From contig JACPXC010000039.1 in assembly GCA_016196755.1 (NCBI GenBank), positions 10,645 through 74,644 on the forward strand: 64,000 bases of DNA. The letters are read 5' to 3'. The notes under the pieces are model-generated. The model searched no databases and had not been told where the DNA came from. It worked only from the letters and a program-made list of their open reading frames with translations. Shown here piece after piece: positions 1 to 8,343 of this stretch. Numbering within the stretch: the stretch's first letter is position 1; the number at the start of each line of letters is the position of its first letter. Source of the stretch: Elusimicrobiota bacterium. GTDB taxonomy: Bacteria > Elusimicrobiota > Elusimicrobia > UBA1565. The position numbers and the translations under genes are program-made.

Positions 1-944
1 ACGCCGGGCTCGAGCTGGACGAACAGCCCGTAGGGCTCCTTGCGCGTGATCTTGCCCGTGATGACCTGGCCGGCGGCGTACTTGGCCCAGGGATCGACGA
101 ACGCGGGGGCGGTCGGGGTGGCCGGGCGCTCGGTGACCTGCTTGATCGACAAGGCTACCTTGAGCCGGCCCTCGGTCGTCTCGCGCTTGAGGATCTTGAC
201 CGTCACCTCTTGGCCCACGGTCAACAGGTCCGACGGGGATTCCACGCGGGACCAGGCCAGCTCGGAGACGTGGGCCAGACCCTCGACGCCGCCGATGAGC
301 TCGACGAACGCCCCGAACTTCTCCAGGCGGCTCACCTTCCCGACGACCACGGACCCGTCGGGGTTCTGCGCGAAGTAGGCGTCGACGGCATGCCCGCGCT
401 CCTCCTCGAGGAGCTTGCGCCGGGAGACGACGATGCTGCGGCCGTCCTCCGAGAACTCGGTGATGCGGAACACGAAGGACTTGCCGACGTACTCGGCGCC
501 GGTCTCGGTGCGCTTGAGGTCGATCTGGCTGATGGGGCAGAAGGCCGTCTTGCCGTTGACGCTCACCCGCAGGCCCCCCTTGCAGAGCTCGACGACGAGG
601 GCTTTGACGGGGCGCTGGAGCGCGAAGGCCTCTTTGAGGTCCTCGGCGATGTTCTTGTCGGTGGGATTGACGGAAAGGCGGATCTCGCCGGGGCGGACCG
701 AGGTCACGAAAAGCTCGACGGCGTCTCCGGGACGCGCGGAGCAGGCTCCCGCGGCGTCGCGGAAGTCGGCCGTGGCGACCACGCCCTCGCGGCCCGGCGA
801 GAGCGCTACGTAGGAATCCTCCTGCCCCACGGTCAGGACGGACGCCCGCACCCGGTCCCCGGGCGAGTACACCGTCTCCGCCTCCTCCAAAGACGCCCCG
901 AGCATCTTCGAGAAATCCTCGCCCGACTCTTCCCCGGATTCCAT
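1..944 (-). CDS. S1 RNA-binding domain protein (ribosomal protein S1-like); C-terminal part lies beyond the window start
   Basis: Not in the ORF track because it is open at the window edge. My reverse-strand translation from ATG 944-942 gives MESGEESGEDFSKMLGASLEEAETVYSPGDRVRASVLTVGQ..., followed by repeated S1-fold strings (GKVSRLEKFGAFVELIGGVEGLAHVSE; GKITRKEPYGLFVQLEPG). Track ORFs 40-378, 210-1097 and 415-813 (+) are its shadows. Confidence 0.75.
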   Translation of the reverse strand, partial: MESGEESGEDFSKMLGASLEEAETVYSPGDRVRASVLTVGQEDSYVALSPGREGVVATADFRDAAGACSARPGDAVELFVTSVRPGEIRLSVNPTDKNIAEDLKEAFALQRPVKALVVELCKGGLRVSVNGKTAFCPISQIDLKRTETGAEYVGKSFVFRITEFSEDGRSIVVSRRKLLEEERGHAVDAYFAQNPDGSVVVGKVSRLEKFGAFVELIGGVEGLAHVSELAWSRVESPSDLLTVGQEVTVKILKRETTEGRLKVALSIKQVTERPATPTAPAFVDPWAKYAAGQVITGKITRKEPYGLFVQLEPG

Positions 945-1125
945 CACACGCCTCCCGCAGCCGACCGGATAGAGAAAGATTACCAGATTCTTGGAGGCGC
1001 CTTCCCCAGGCCTCTTGGCCCGGTCCGGGGGAGCCCTTTTGGACCGTCCGTCGGGACCCCTTTCGACCCTACTCCGGGTCCGCAATGCCGAGCATAATAG
1101 ATGCAGTTCGATCGGAGGAACGGCA

Positions 1126-2709
1126 ATGGGACTGAACTTTCCGGCTAAGCACGGCGCGCGGGCGACCCTGGGTCTGCTCTTGTCGTCTTGCTTGGTCATC
1201 GACGCGGCGGCCCAGGCCCTCAGAGCGCCGATCATGGGGCAGGGCTATTTGGGAGCCGGAGGCGTCACCGCCGTTCCCAGGCTCGTCCTTCCCGGGCCGA
1301 GCGCCTTGGCAGCGCCCTCCAGCCTGCCCGCGGCCTCGCTCCCTTCGCTTCAGCCGGTCCTGTCCCCGAACGCCGCGGCGGCCCCCGTCCTGGCGCTGCC
1401 GGCCGCCCGCGCGGTGCCGGCGGCCGCCCTGGCCGCCTCCGTCCCGACCGCGGCAAACGCCGTCGCGGGCCACGAGCCCGCCGGCGTCCCCGGCAGCTCG
1501 ATCCGGGCGGCCTCCCTCAGTCTGGGCTCCATCGCCTCCGCCATCGCGAGATCGATCCGGTCCATCCGATCCGGCGGCGGGTCCCTGGAGTCCCAATCGC
1601 GCTCGGCGGGAGACATCGGCGCCCGGCTGATCGGCGAAGAGCTCACCGGCCGCGGCGCCGCCGCCCCGGTCGCCTTCCAGGCCGGCGCCCCGGACCGCAC
1701 CCCGGGCGGCGCCCTGCTCCCCGAGGAAGAGAACTCGGTGCGCGTGTTCGACAAGGCCTCCCCCTCGGTCGTCTACATCAAGAACCTCCAAAGCGGCGGC
1801 GGCCGGCGGTCGTTTTTCCAGAGGGAGGCGGACGACGAGGAGAAGGTGCGCGGCCAGGGCTCGGGCTACGTCTGGGACCGCGACGGCCACATCGTCACCA
1901 ATTTCCACGTCGTGCAGGGCGGGGACGCCTTCAAGGTCGTCTTCAAGGACGGCAGCGAGCTCGACGCGCGCCTGGTGGGGACCGACCCGACCAAGGACAT
2001 CGCCGTCCTCAAGGTCTCGCCCGTCAAGCCCTTGACCCCGATCGAGCTAGGCGACTCCGGCTCCCTGCGCGTGGGCCAGAAGGCGATCGCCATCGGCAAC
2101 CCGTTCGGGCTGGCGCAGACCATGACCCAAGGAGTGGTCAGCGCCGTCGACCGCGAGATGGAGGGCGTCGGCGGGGTCCTCATCCGCGGCATGGTGCAGA
2201 CCGACGCGCCGATCAACCCGGGCAATTCCGGCGGCCCGCTGCTCGACTCCGGCGCGCGGCTCATCGGCATGAACACCCTCTCGCTGGGCGCCGGCGGCGG
2301 CAGCAACGTCGGCATCGGCTTCGCCGTCCCGGTGGACTCCATCAAGAAGGCGGTGCCCGAGCTCATCAAGTTCGGCAACGTCGACCGGCCGACCTTGGGC
2401 GTCAGCCTCGCCACGCAGGAGGAGCTCGCCCGCCACGGCTACCGGATCGAAGGCGTCTTCGTCAAAGGCGTGCAGCCGGGCGGGCCCGCCGCCGCCGGCG
2501 GCCTCGAACGCGGAGACATCATCACCTCGATCGACGGCGCCAAGGTGGAGAGCTTCGACGACCTCTACGCCGCGCTCGAGAAGCGCAAGTCCGGCGACAC
2601 GGTGAAGGTCGGCGTCCAGCGCGGAGACCGCGAGGGGACCCTCAGCGTTCGCCTCTCCTCGCTGCGCCAGAGCGCCGGGCGCGGCACCACCGTCGCCCAC
2701 CGCCCCTAG
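1126..2709 (+). CDS. HtrA/DegP-family periplasmic serine protease with C-terminal PDZ domain
   Basis: Track ORF 991-2709, trimmed to ATG 1126 (GGAGGA at 1114-1119; MGLNFPAKHGARATLGLLLSSCLVIDAAAQA looks like a signal peptide). Trypsin-like block TDAPINPGNSGGPLLD. PDZ-like tail (GVFVKGVQPGGPAAAGGLERGDIITSIDG). A long Ala/Pro/Leu/Ser-rich linker follows the signal peptide. Confidence 0.9.
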   Translation: MGLNFPAKHGARATLGLLLSSCLVIDAAAQALRAPIMGQGYLGAGGVTAVPRLVLPGPSALAAPSSLPAASLPSLQPVLSPNAAAAPVLALPAARAVPAAALAASVPTAANAVAGHEPAGVPGSSIRAASLSLGSIASAIARSIRSIRSGGGSLESQSRSAGDIGARLIGEELTGRGAAAPVAFQAGAPDRTPGGALLPEEENSVRVFDKASPSVVYIKNLQSGGGRRSFFQREADDEEKVRGQGSGYVWDRDGHIVTNFHVVQGGDAFKVVFKDGSELDARLVGTDPTKDIAVLKVSPVKPLTPIELGDSGSLRVGQKAIAIGNPFGLAQTMTQGVVSAVDREMEGVGGVLIRGMVQTDAPINPGNSGGPLLDSGARLIGMNTLSLGAGGGSNVGIGFAVPVDSIKKAVPELIKFGNVDRPTLGVSLATQEELARHGYRIEGVFVKGVQPGGPAAAGGLERGDIITSIDGAKVESFDDLYAALEKRKSGDTVKVGVQRGDREGTLSVRLSSLRQSAGRGTTVAHRP

Positions 2710-3668
2710 CCGGGTTCGTCGAGCGCCCGTCGCGCGGCCCCGGCCGCCACGGCCAGGGGGCCGAGCGCGGCGGCCCGCACGCTCACCTTCCGCGCGATGG
2801 CGGCCACGGCGTGGCGGCGCATCGAGCGGTCGACCGCGGGGACGAAGATCTTGCCGAGGGCCTCGATGAGGCCCCCTCCCAGGACGACGACGTCGGGAGA
2901 GAGCAGGTTGACGAAGTTCGCCAGGACGATCCCCACGATGTGGGCCCGGCTGCGCACGAGCTCCTCGAGATGGCCGTCCCCCCGCTCGATGGCCCGGGCG
3001 ATGGCGCCGGCCTTGATCTTGAGCAGGTCGGCTCCGGCCGCGCGGAACAGGTGCGGCGCCCATTGCTTGGCCGCCAGCGCCGCCGCCTGGGCCGCTATGG
3101 CGTGGCGGCTGGCCACGTCGTCGAGGAGCCCGTAGCGGTGCGAGCCGGCGAAGGGGCCCAGCGCGTCGATGAGGTAATGCCCCACCTCCCCGGCCAGGCC
3201 CGAGGCGCCGCGGTGGAGCTTCCCGTCGATGATGAGGGCTCCGCCGATCCCGGTCCCCAAGAACAGGGCGAGGGCATGGCGGCTGCCTTTCGCGGCCCCC
3301 AAGGCATGCTCGCCGTATAGGCCGAACTGGACGTCGTTGCCGAGGGCGGGGCGCAGCCCCGTCAGCCGCTCGAGTTGGGCGCCGAGCGGGTAGCGGTCGA
3401 TGAACGGGATGTTGGGCGAGCCCACCAGCAGGCCGCGCTCGGCGTCGACCACTCCCGCGCAGCCGGCCCCGATCGCCGTCAGCCGCCTCCCGTCGCGCTC
3501 GCCGCGCCGGATGAGGCGTCGGACGCACCATGCCAGCGCCTCCGAGAAGCGCCGGCGGCCGCCCTCCGGCCGGGTGCGGATGCGCACGACCTTCACGGGA
3601 CGCATCCGCTCGTCAAACAGCGCCGCCAGGAGCTTCGTCCCGCCCAGGTCGATGCCGATGGACGCCAT
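2706..3668 (-). CDS. ROK-family sugar kinase (glucokinase-like)
   Basis: MASIGIDLGGTKLLAALFDE N-terminal ATP-binding motif; LFLGTGIGGALIIDGKLHRGASGLAGEVGH ROK signature region. 4-nt overlap with the htrA-like stop on the opposite strand. Confidence 0.85.
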   Translation of the reverse strand: MASIGIDLGGTKLLAALFDERMRPVKVVRIRTRPEGGRRRFSEALAWCVRRLIRRGERDGRRLTAIGAGCAGVVDAERGLLVGSPNIPFIDRYPLGAQLERLTGLRPALGNDVQFGLYGEHALGAAKGSRHALALFLGTGIGGALIIDGKLHRGASGLAGEVGHYLIDALGPFAGSHRYGLLDDVASRHAIAAQAAALAAKQWAPHLFRAAGADLLKIKAGAIARAIERGDGHLEELVRSRAHIVGIVLANFVNLLSPDVVVLGGGLIEALGKIFVPAVDRSMRRHAVAAIARKVSVRAAALGPLAVAAGAARRALDEPG

Positions 3669-3749
3669 GAGTCATCCTACGCCCGGCATATTGCGGCCGC
3701 ATGCGTCCGCGGTCAAACAAAGATGACGGCGTGCTATCATCGCGGTTCG

Positions 3750-4088
3750 ATGATCTACAAGCTCCTGCGCCGGGCGGAATGGGAGGCGTTCGAGGCCGCC
3801 GCGCGCTTCGAAGGCTCCGCGGCCGACCGGGCCGACGGCTTCATCCACTTCTCGACGGCCTCCCAGGTCCCGGAGACCGCGGCCAAGCACTTCGCCGCCG
3901 CGGGGGAGCTGGTCCTGGCCGAGGTCGACCCCGCGCGGCTCGGGTCCCCGCCCAAGTGGGAGCCCTCGCGCGGAGGCCGGCTCTTCCCCCACCTCTACGC
4001 CGCCCTGCCGCTCTCCGCCGTGACGCGCACCTGGCCCCTGGTCCCCGGCCCGGACGGCCGCCACCCGATCCCCGAAGACCTGCTCTAG
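3750..4088 (+). CDS. DUF952-family protein
   Basis: Track ORF 3375-4088 trimmed to ATG 3750 (ATG 3723 is an alternative). MIYKLLRRAEWEAFEAAARFEGSAADRADGFIHFSTASQV...FPHLYAALPL matches my memory of the DUF952 pattern. The upstream part of the track ORF overlaps the ROK gene antisense. Confidence 0.7.
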   Translation: MIYKLLRRAEWEAFEAAARFEGSAADRADGFIHFSTASQVPETAAKHFAAAGELVLAEVDPARLGSPPKWEPSRGGRLFPHLYAALPLSAVTRTWPLVPGPDGRHPIPEDLL

Positions 4089-4106
4089 CGGGGCGGGGCG
4101 CCCGGC

Positions 4107-4781
4107 CTAGGCGCCGTCGAAGCCCACGGCGTTCTTGCCGCGGCGCTTGACCGAGTACATCACGCCGTCGGCCCTCTTGAGGAAGTCCCGGGGCGTCTCG
4201 CCCTCCCGCAGTTCGATGACGCCCAGGCTCAGGGTGACGCCCCGGTCGCCGAGCGCGTCGCGGATGCCGAGGATGCGCTCGGCGATCGCGCCGGCCATCG
4301 CCAGCCCGGCATGCGGGCAGAGGACCAGGAACTCGTCGCCGCCGTAGCGGAAGCAGAGGTCCATGTGCTCGCGGATCCTGGTCGTCAGCGCCGCGGAGAC
4401 CCGCCGGAGGACGGCGTCGCCGGCCAGATGGCCGTGACGGTCATTGACCTTCTTGAGGTCGTCGACGTCGATGAAGATCATCGAGAGCGGCAGCTGCGTC
4501 CGGTGCGCGACGTGCACCTGACGGTCGAGCTCGACCCTGAGGTAGCGCGAGTTGAAGACCCCGGTCAGCCGGTCGGTGATCGAGATCCCCTCGAGCCGCC
4601 GCCGCTGGCGCTGGTCGAGGATCACGAGCCCGAGTATCAGGAGGGCCGCGACGAGGTCGGTCCAGTCCGGCGCGGCCCCCGCGAGACGGCCTCGCAGCCA
4701 AGCCGCCGCGACGGGGACCAGCGCGATGGCATAGGGCCAGTTCGACATCAGCCGCCGCTCGAGCGGTTCCTGGGGTTCCAT
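4107..4781 (-). CDS. Membrane-anchored GGDEF-domain diguanylate cyclase
   Basis: Two N-terminal hydrophobic helices, then a GGDEF domain with RYGGDEFLVL. The start ATG overlaps the stop of the upstream barrel gene (ATGA at 4781-4784). Confidence 0.9.
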   Translation of the reverse strand: MEPQEPLERRLMSNWPYAIALVPVAAAWLRGRLAGAAPDWTDLVAALLILGLVILDQRQRRRLEGISITDRLTGVFNSRYLRVELDRQVHVAHRTQLPLSMIFIDVDDLKKVNDRHGHLAGDAVLRRVSAALTTRIREHMDLCFRYGGDEFLVLCPHAGLAMAGAIAERILGIRDALGDRGVTLSLGVIELREGETPRDFLKRADGVMYSVKRRGKNAVGFDGA

Positions 4782-6007
4782 CAGCGTCGACGGCCGGCAG
4801 GGCGGAGATGGCGCAGGCCCTCGCTGGAGCGGGAGGGCTGCAGACGCGGGGACTTCACGGTCAGGAAATCATACTGCACCAGCAACCCCAGGGTATGCCC
4901 GCCGTTCCCGTGACCGCGGGCGGCGTTGAGGCCGTAGCCGTAGGCGGTCAGCACCTGCCAGGTCTTGGAGCGCGACAAGTACGCGGCCCCGAGGCCGACT
5001 CCCGTGTGCGTTTTTCCGCGCTGGCCGTGCCCCGGCGCGTAGTCGACCAGGGCGCTGGCCGCGGTCAAGGCGCCCGTCCAGGTCGTCTTGTCGCGGCTCA
5101 GGGGGACGATGTAGCTGCCGCCGAGCAGGACGAAGCGGCCGGCGCTGACCTCCTCGTGATAGTAGCCGGGCAAGGAAAGCGGGAATTCGGCGGCCAACGG
5201 CAGGTTGCCGCCCAGCCGGTAGGCGCTGAAGCGGTCGGGCCGGACGCTGCCCCCGCCGACCAGGTTGGCCAGGAAGCGCGCCTGGGAGCTCGGCCGGTTG
5301 TAGGCCAAGAGGGCCCGGCCCCAGAAGAGGCGGGTGTCGTCCTCGATCCGGCGGTCGTCGGCGAACCCATAGGCTCCCGGCGCCGCCCTCAGCCGTCCCT
5401 CGTACCAGGCCGAGAGCTCCCCGGCCAGGTTGGGCCTGAGGACGGGCTCCTGGCCGCCCAAGCGAAAGCCGGTCCGGAGACAGCCCTCGTCGAGCGCCTT
5501 CGGCGCGACGAAGGCGGGGTCGGTGCCCTTCTCGCCGGCGAATCTCGCGTGATGGACCTCGGCGCGCAGGACCCCGGCCAGCGGCGCGGGGCCCGGCACC
5601 GGGATGTCCTGGTAGAGCGCTACGGCGGCGCGGCCGCCATTGCCTTGGAAGGACTCGCCCCTCCGGTAGCGGCCCTGGCGGATCTCCGAGTGGCTGTCGG
5701 CCAAGGCGCCTCCCGCCAAGCCGAGGCCGAGGTCGCCGCGTGCGCCGAGCGCCTCCTTGATCCCAAGCTCGGCGTCGGCGTAGATCGGCGCGAGGGCCAG
5801 CCTGAGGGTCTGGCGCGGGGAGAGCCGGCGCGGCGCGTTGAGGTAGTAGAAAGCGTACCCCGCCAGCGGGCCGCGGCCGTCGAGCGCGTGGTCGAAGCCC
5901 AATTGCATGAGGCTGCGATGCTCGGGATCGATCTGGGCGGACGCCGGCGCCGCCGCGGCCGATAAAAGCGGCGCCAGGAGCAGAGCCGCCCCGGAGAAGT
6001 TCTTCAC
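4781..6007 (-). CDS. Putative Omp85/surface-antigen-like outer-membrane beta-barrel protein
   Basis: Track ORF 4781-6043 (TTG start). I prefer GTG 6007-6005, which gives VKNFSGAALLLAPLLSAAAAPASAQ as a signal peptide. Alternating beta-strand-like sequence; FSAYRLGGNLPLAAEFPLSLPGYY resembles the Omp85 RxxLGG...RGY region. Start and family are uncertain. Confidence 0.5.
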   Translation of the reverse strand: MKNFSGAALLLAPLLSAAAAPASAQIDPEHRSLMQLGFDHALDGRGPLAGYAFYYLNAPRRLSPRQTLRLALAPIYADAELGIKEALGARGDLGLGLAGGALADSHSEIRQGRYRRGESFQGNGGRAAVALYQDIPVPGPAPLAGVLRAEVHHARFAGEKGTDPAFVAPKALDEGCLRTGFRLGGQEPVLRPNLAGELSAWYEGRLRAAPGAYGFADDRRIEDDTRLFWGRALLAYNRPSSQARFLANLVGGGSVRPDRFSAYRLGGNLPLAAEFPLSLPGYYHEEVSAGRFVLLGGSYIVPLSRDKTTWTGALTAASALVDYAPGHGQRGKTHTGVGLGAAYLSRSKTWQVLTAYGYGLNAARGHGNGGHTLGLLVQYDFLTVKSPRLQPSRSSEGLRHLRPAGRRR

Positions 6008-6087
6008 GTCCTCGATGATAACGGCGCGGAGGCCGTCGGGCAATGAGGAGTTCTACGTCCCCTCCCGCTAAATGGTAGACTGAGGCT

Positions 6088-7407
6088 CTGAACTTCGACT
6101 CCTTCAAGCTCCACCCCCGCATCGCCGAAGGCCTCAAGCGGGCAGGCTACGAGACCCCGACGCCGATCCAGGCCCAGGCCCTTCCCATGGCCCTGGAGGG
6201 CCGCGACGTCCTCGGGCTGGCCCAGACCGGCACCGGCAAGACCGCCGCCTTCGCCCTGCCCATCCTCCAGAAGCTCATCGTGGGCCCGCGCGGCAAGGTC
6301 CGCGCCCTGGTCGTCGCCCCCACCCGCGAGCTGGCCGAGCAGATTCATACGACCTTCGAGACTCTGGGATTTCGCACCGGCCTGCGCAGCGCCACGGTCT
6401 ACGGCGGGGTCGGGATGCAGAAGCAGGAGCATGCCCTGCGCGGCCGCGCCGAGATCATCGTCGCCTGCCCCGGGCGCCTGCTCGACCACTGCGACCAGCG
6501 CATCGCGAACCTGACGGGGGTCGAGGTCCTGGTGCTCGACGAGGCCGACCAGATGTTCGACATGGGCTTCCTCCCCTCGATCCGCCGCATCGTCGCCCTG
6601 GTGCCGCGCCAGCGCCAGACCCTGCTGTTCTCGGCCACCATGCCCCAGGACATCCGGCACCTGGCCCATGAGTGCCTGCGCGACCCGGCCACGGTCCAGG
6701 TCGACCACGAGACCCCGCTGACCACGGTGACCCACGCCCTCTATCCGGTCAAGGAGCACCTCAAGGCCGCGCTCCTGCTCGAGCTGCTCAAGCACGCCGG
6801 CGAGGGCTCGGTCCTGGTCTTCACGCGCACCAAGCACCGGGCCAAGAAGCTCGGCCAGCGCGTGCAGGCGGCCGGCTACCGCGCCGAGTCCCTGCAGGGC
6901 AACCTGTCCCAGAACCGCCGCAAGGCGGTCATGGACTCCTTCCGCGACGGCTCGACCCAGGTCCTGGTCGCCACCGACATCGCCGCGCGCGGGATCGACG
7001 TCTCCCAGATCACCCACGTCATCAACTTCGACATACCGAACACCCCCGAGGCCTACACCCACCGCATCGGCCGCACCGGCCGGGCCGCCAAGACCGGGGA
7101 CGCCTTCACGCTGGTCACCGACGCCGACAACGAGATGGTGCGCGCCATCGAGCGGCGCATGGGCAAGCCCATCGAGCGCAAACGGCAGGAAGGCTTCGAC
7201 TACAACAAGGCCGGGGACGCCGCGCCGGCCCACAAGCCCGGCGGCCAGCACCACTCCCACGGGGGACAGCGCCATCACCAAGGGGGCGGGCAGCGCCAGC
7301 ACTCGGGAAGCGGGCAGGCTCCTTCCGGGGTTCACCGCCCCGCCGCTCCCAGCGGCCATCGCGGCGGCGGACACCGCCGTCGCCGGCGCGGACCCCGCCT
7401 AGGCTAG
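6088..7407 (+). CDS. DEAD-box ATP-dependent RNA helicase with His/Gly/Arg-rich C-terminal tail
   Basis: Track ORF 6187-7407 starts after the Q motif. The frame is open back to stop TAG 6076-6078 and encodes LNFDSFKLHPRIAEGLKRAGYETPTPIQAQALP (Q-motif region), then AQTGTGKT, VLDEADQMF, SAT and HRIGRTGR. The only candidate start is CTG 6088. Confidence 0.85.
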   Translation: MNFDSFKLHPRIAEGLKRAGYETPTPIQAQALPMALEGRDVLGLAQTGTGKTAAFALPILQKLIVGPRGKVRALVVAPTRELAEQIHTTFETLGFRTGLRSATVYGGVGMQKQEHALRGRAEIIVACPGRLLDHCDQRIANLTGVEVLVLDEADQMFDMGFLPSIRRIVALVPRQRQTLLFSATMPQDIRHLAHECLRDPATVQVDHETPLTTVTHALYPVKEHLKAALLLELLKHAGEGSVLVFTRTKHRAKKLGQRVQAAGYRAESLQGNLSQNRRKAVMDSFRDGSTQVLVATDIAARGIDVSQITHVINFDIPNTPEAYTHRIGRTGRAAKTGDAFTLVTDADNEMVRAIERRMGKPIERKRQEGFDYNKAGDAAPAHKPGGQHHSHGGQRHHQGGGQRQHSGSGQAPSGVHRPAAPSGHRGGGHRRRRRGPRLG

Positions 7408-8334
7408 TTCGGAGGTCGGGACGGCCGTGACCGTCACCCCGGCCTGAAGCTTCCCGTCCTCGTCCTGCAGTTGATCGGGTATCCAGGTCGCCGGCTGGGG
7501 CTTGTAGGCCACCTCGAGGAAGTTCCGACAGCCGGCGTCGAACGCCGCCCAGACCGCCTCGAAATGCCGCTCCAGGGCCGTCGGCTGCTTGGCCAGGAGC
7601 CGCTTGATCTCAGACGGGTCGGTCTCCTGCTTGCCCGAGGTGCCCATGAACACCGGGACCTTGGGCGGCTTCACCTCTATGCCCTCGAGCGCCTTCGTCA
7701 GCGCGGCCTCGCAGGAGGAGAAGGCCGGTGTGTGGTAGGGCCCCTCGACCTTGAGCAGCTTGACCTTGAACGGCAGGCCTTCGGCCGAGATCTTGGCGGC
7801 CATGGCTTCGAGGGCGGCCATCGTCCCCCCCGCCGTGCCGCGCCCGATCGTATTGTGCAGGGCCAGAGAGACGCCCGGGAAGTCGGAGATCTTATCGCCG
7901 AAGTCGGGCAGGTAGTCGGTAGAGACCGCCGCCAGACCCATCGGCTCCGAGAAGCTCTTGCAGGCGTCGGAGAAAGCCTGGGCACGCGCGCGGATAAAGG
8001 CGCCCGAATCCTCCACCGTCATCGCCTCGGCGGCCACCAAGGCCGCGGCGATACCCATAGAGTGGCCGATGGCACCGTCAAGCTCGAGGCCGGGGGTCCT
8101 CGCCTTGTAGGCGAAGAAGTTCCCGAGATGATGGGCGTGGATGGCTCGCTGGGCATTGAAGGTCAGGGCCAACTCGGGGTCCGGCATCGTCGTCGTCACG
8201 GCCTCGAGGTCCCCGCCCAAAGACGGCGTCAGGCGCTCGAGGACGGCACGCGCGGCGGGGAGCTTCCAGAGCTCGGAGCACATCCCGGCGGCCTGGACCG
8301 ACTGTCCGGCGAACATCACGCAGTGGCGGCTCAT
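7399..8334 (-). CDS. Malonyl-CoA:ACP transacylase-like acyltransferase (FabD-like)
   Basis: VMFAGQSVQAAGM near the N-terminus and the nucleophile elbow GHSMGIAAALVAAEA. Last gene of the lipid operon. Confidence 0.8.
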   Translation of the reverse strand: MSRHCVMFAGQSVQAAGMCSELWKLPAARAVLERLTPSLGGDLEAVTTTMPDPELALTFNAQRAIHAHHLGNFFAYKARTPGLELDGAIGHSMGIAAALVAAEAMTVEDSGAFIRARAQAFSDACKSFSEPMGLAAVSTDYLPDFGDKISDFPGVSLALHNTIGRGTAGGTMAALEAMAAKISAEGLPFKVKLLKVEGPYHTPAFSSCEAALTKALEGIEVKPPKVPVFMGTSGKQETDPSEIKRLLAKQPTALERHFEAVWAAFDAGCRNFLEVAYKPQPATWIPDQLQDEDGKLQAGVTVTAVPTSELA

Positions 8335-8343
8335 GTCGGGCTC

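Noticed and set aside
210-6137. Long track ORFs antisense to or out of frame with real genes (e.g. 210-1097+, 1188-3320+, 2047-3531-, 4311-4913+, 4808-5965+, 4869-6137-, 6004-7374-)
   Set aside because: Their translations are Arg/Pro/Gly/Ala-rich with no recognisable motifs. Each fully overlaps a gene with clear family signatures. Such shadow ORFs are expected at this GC content.
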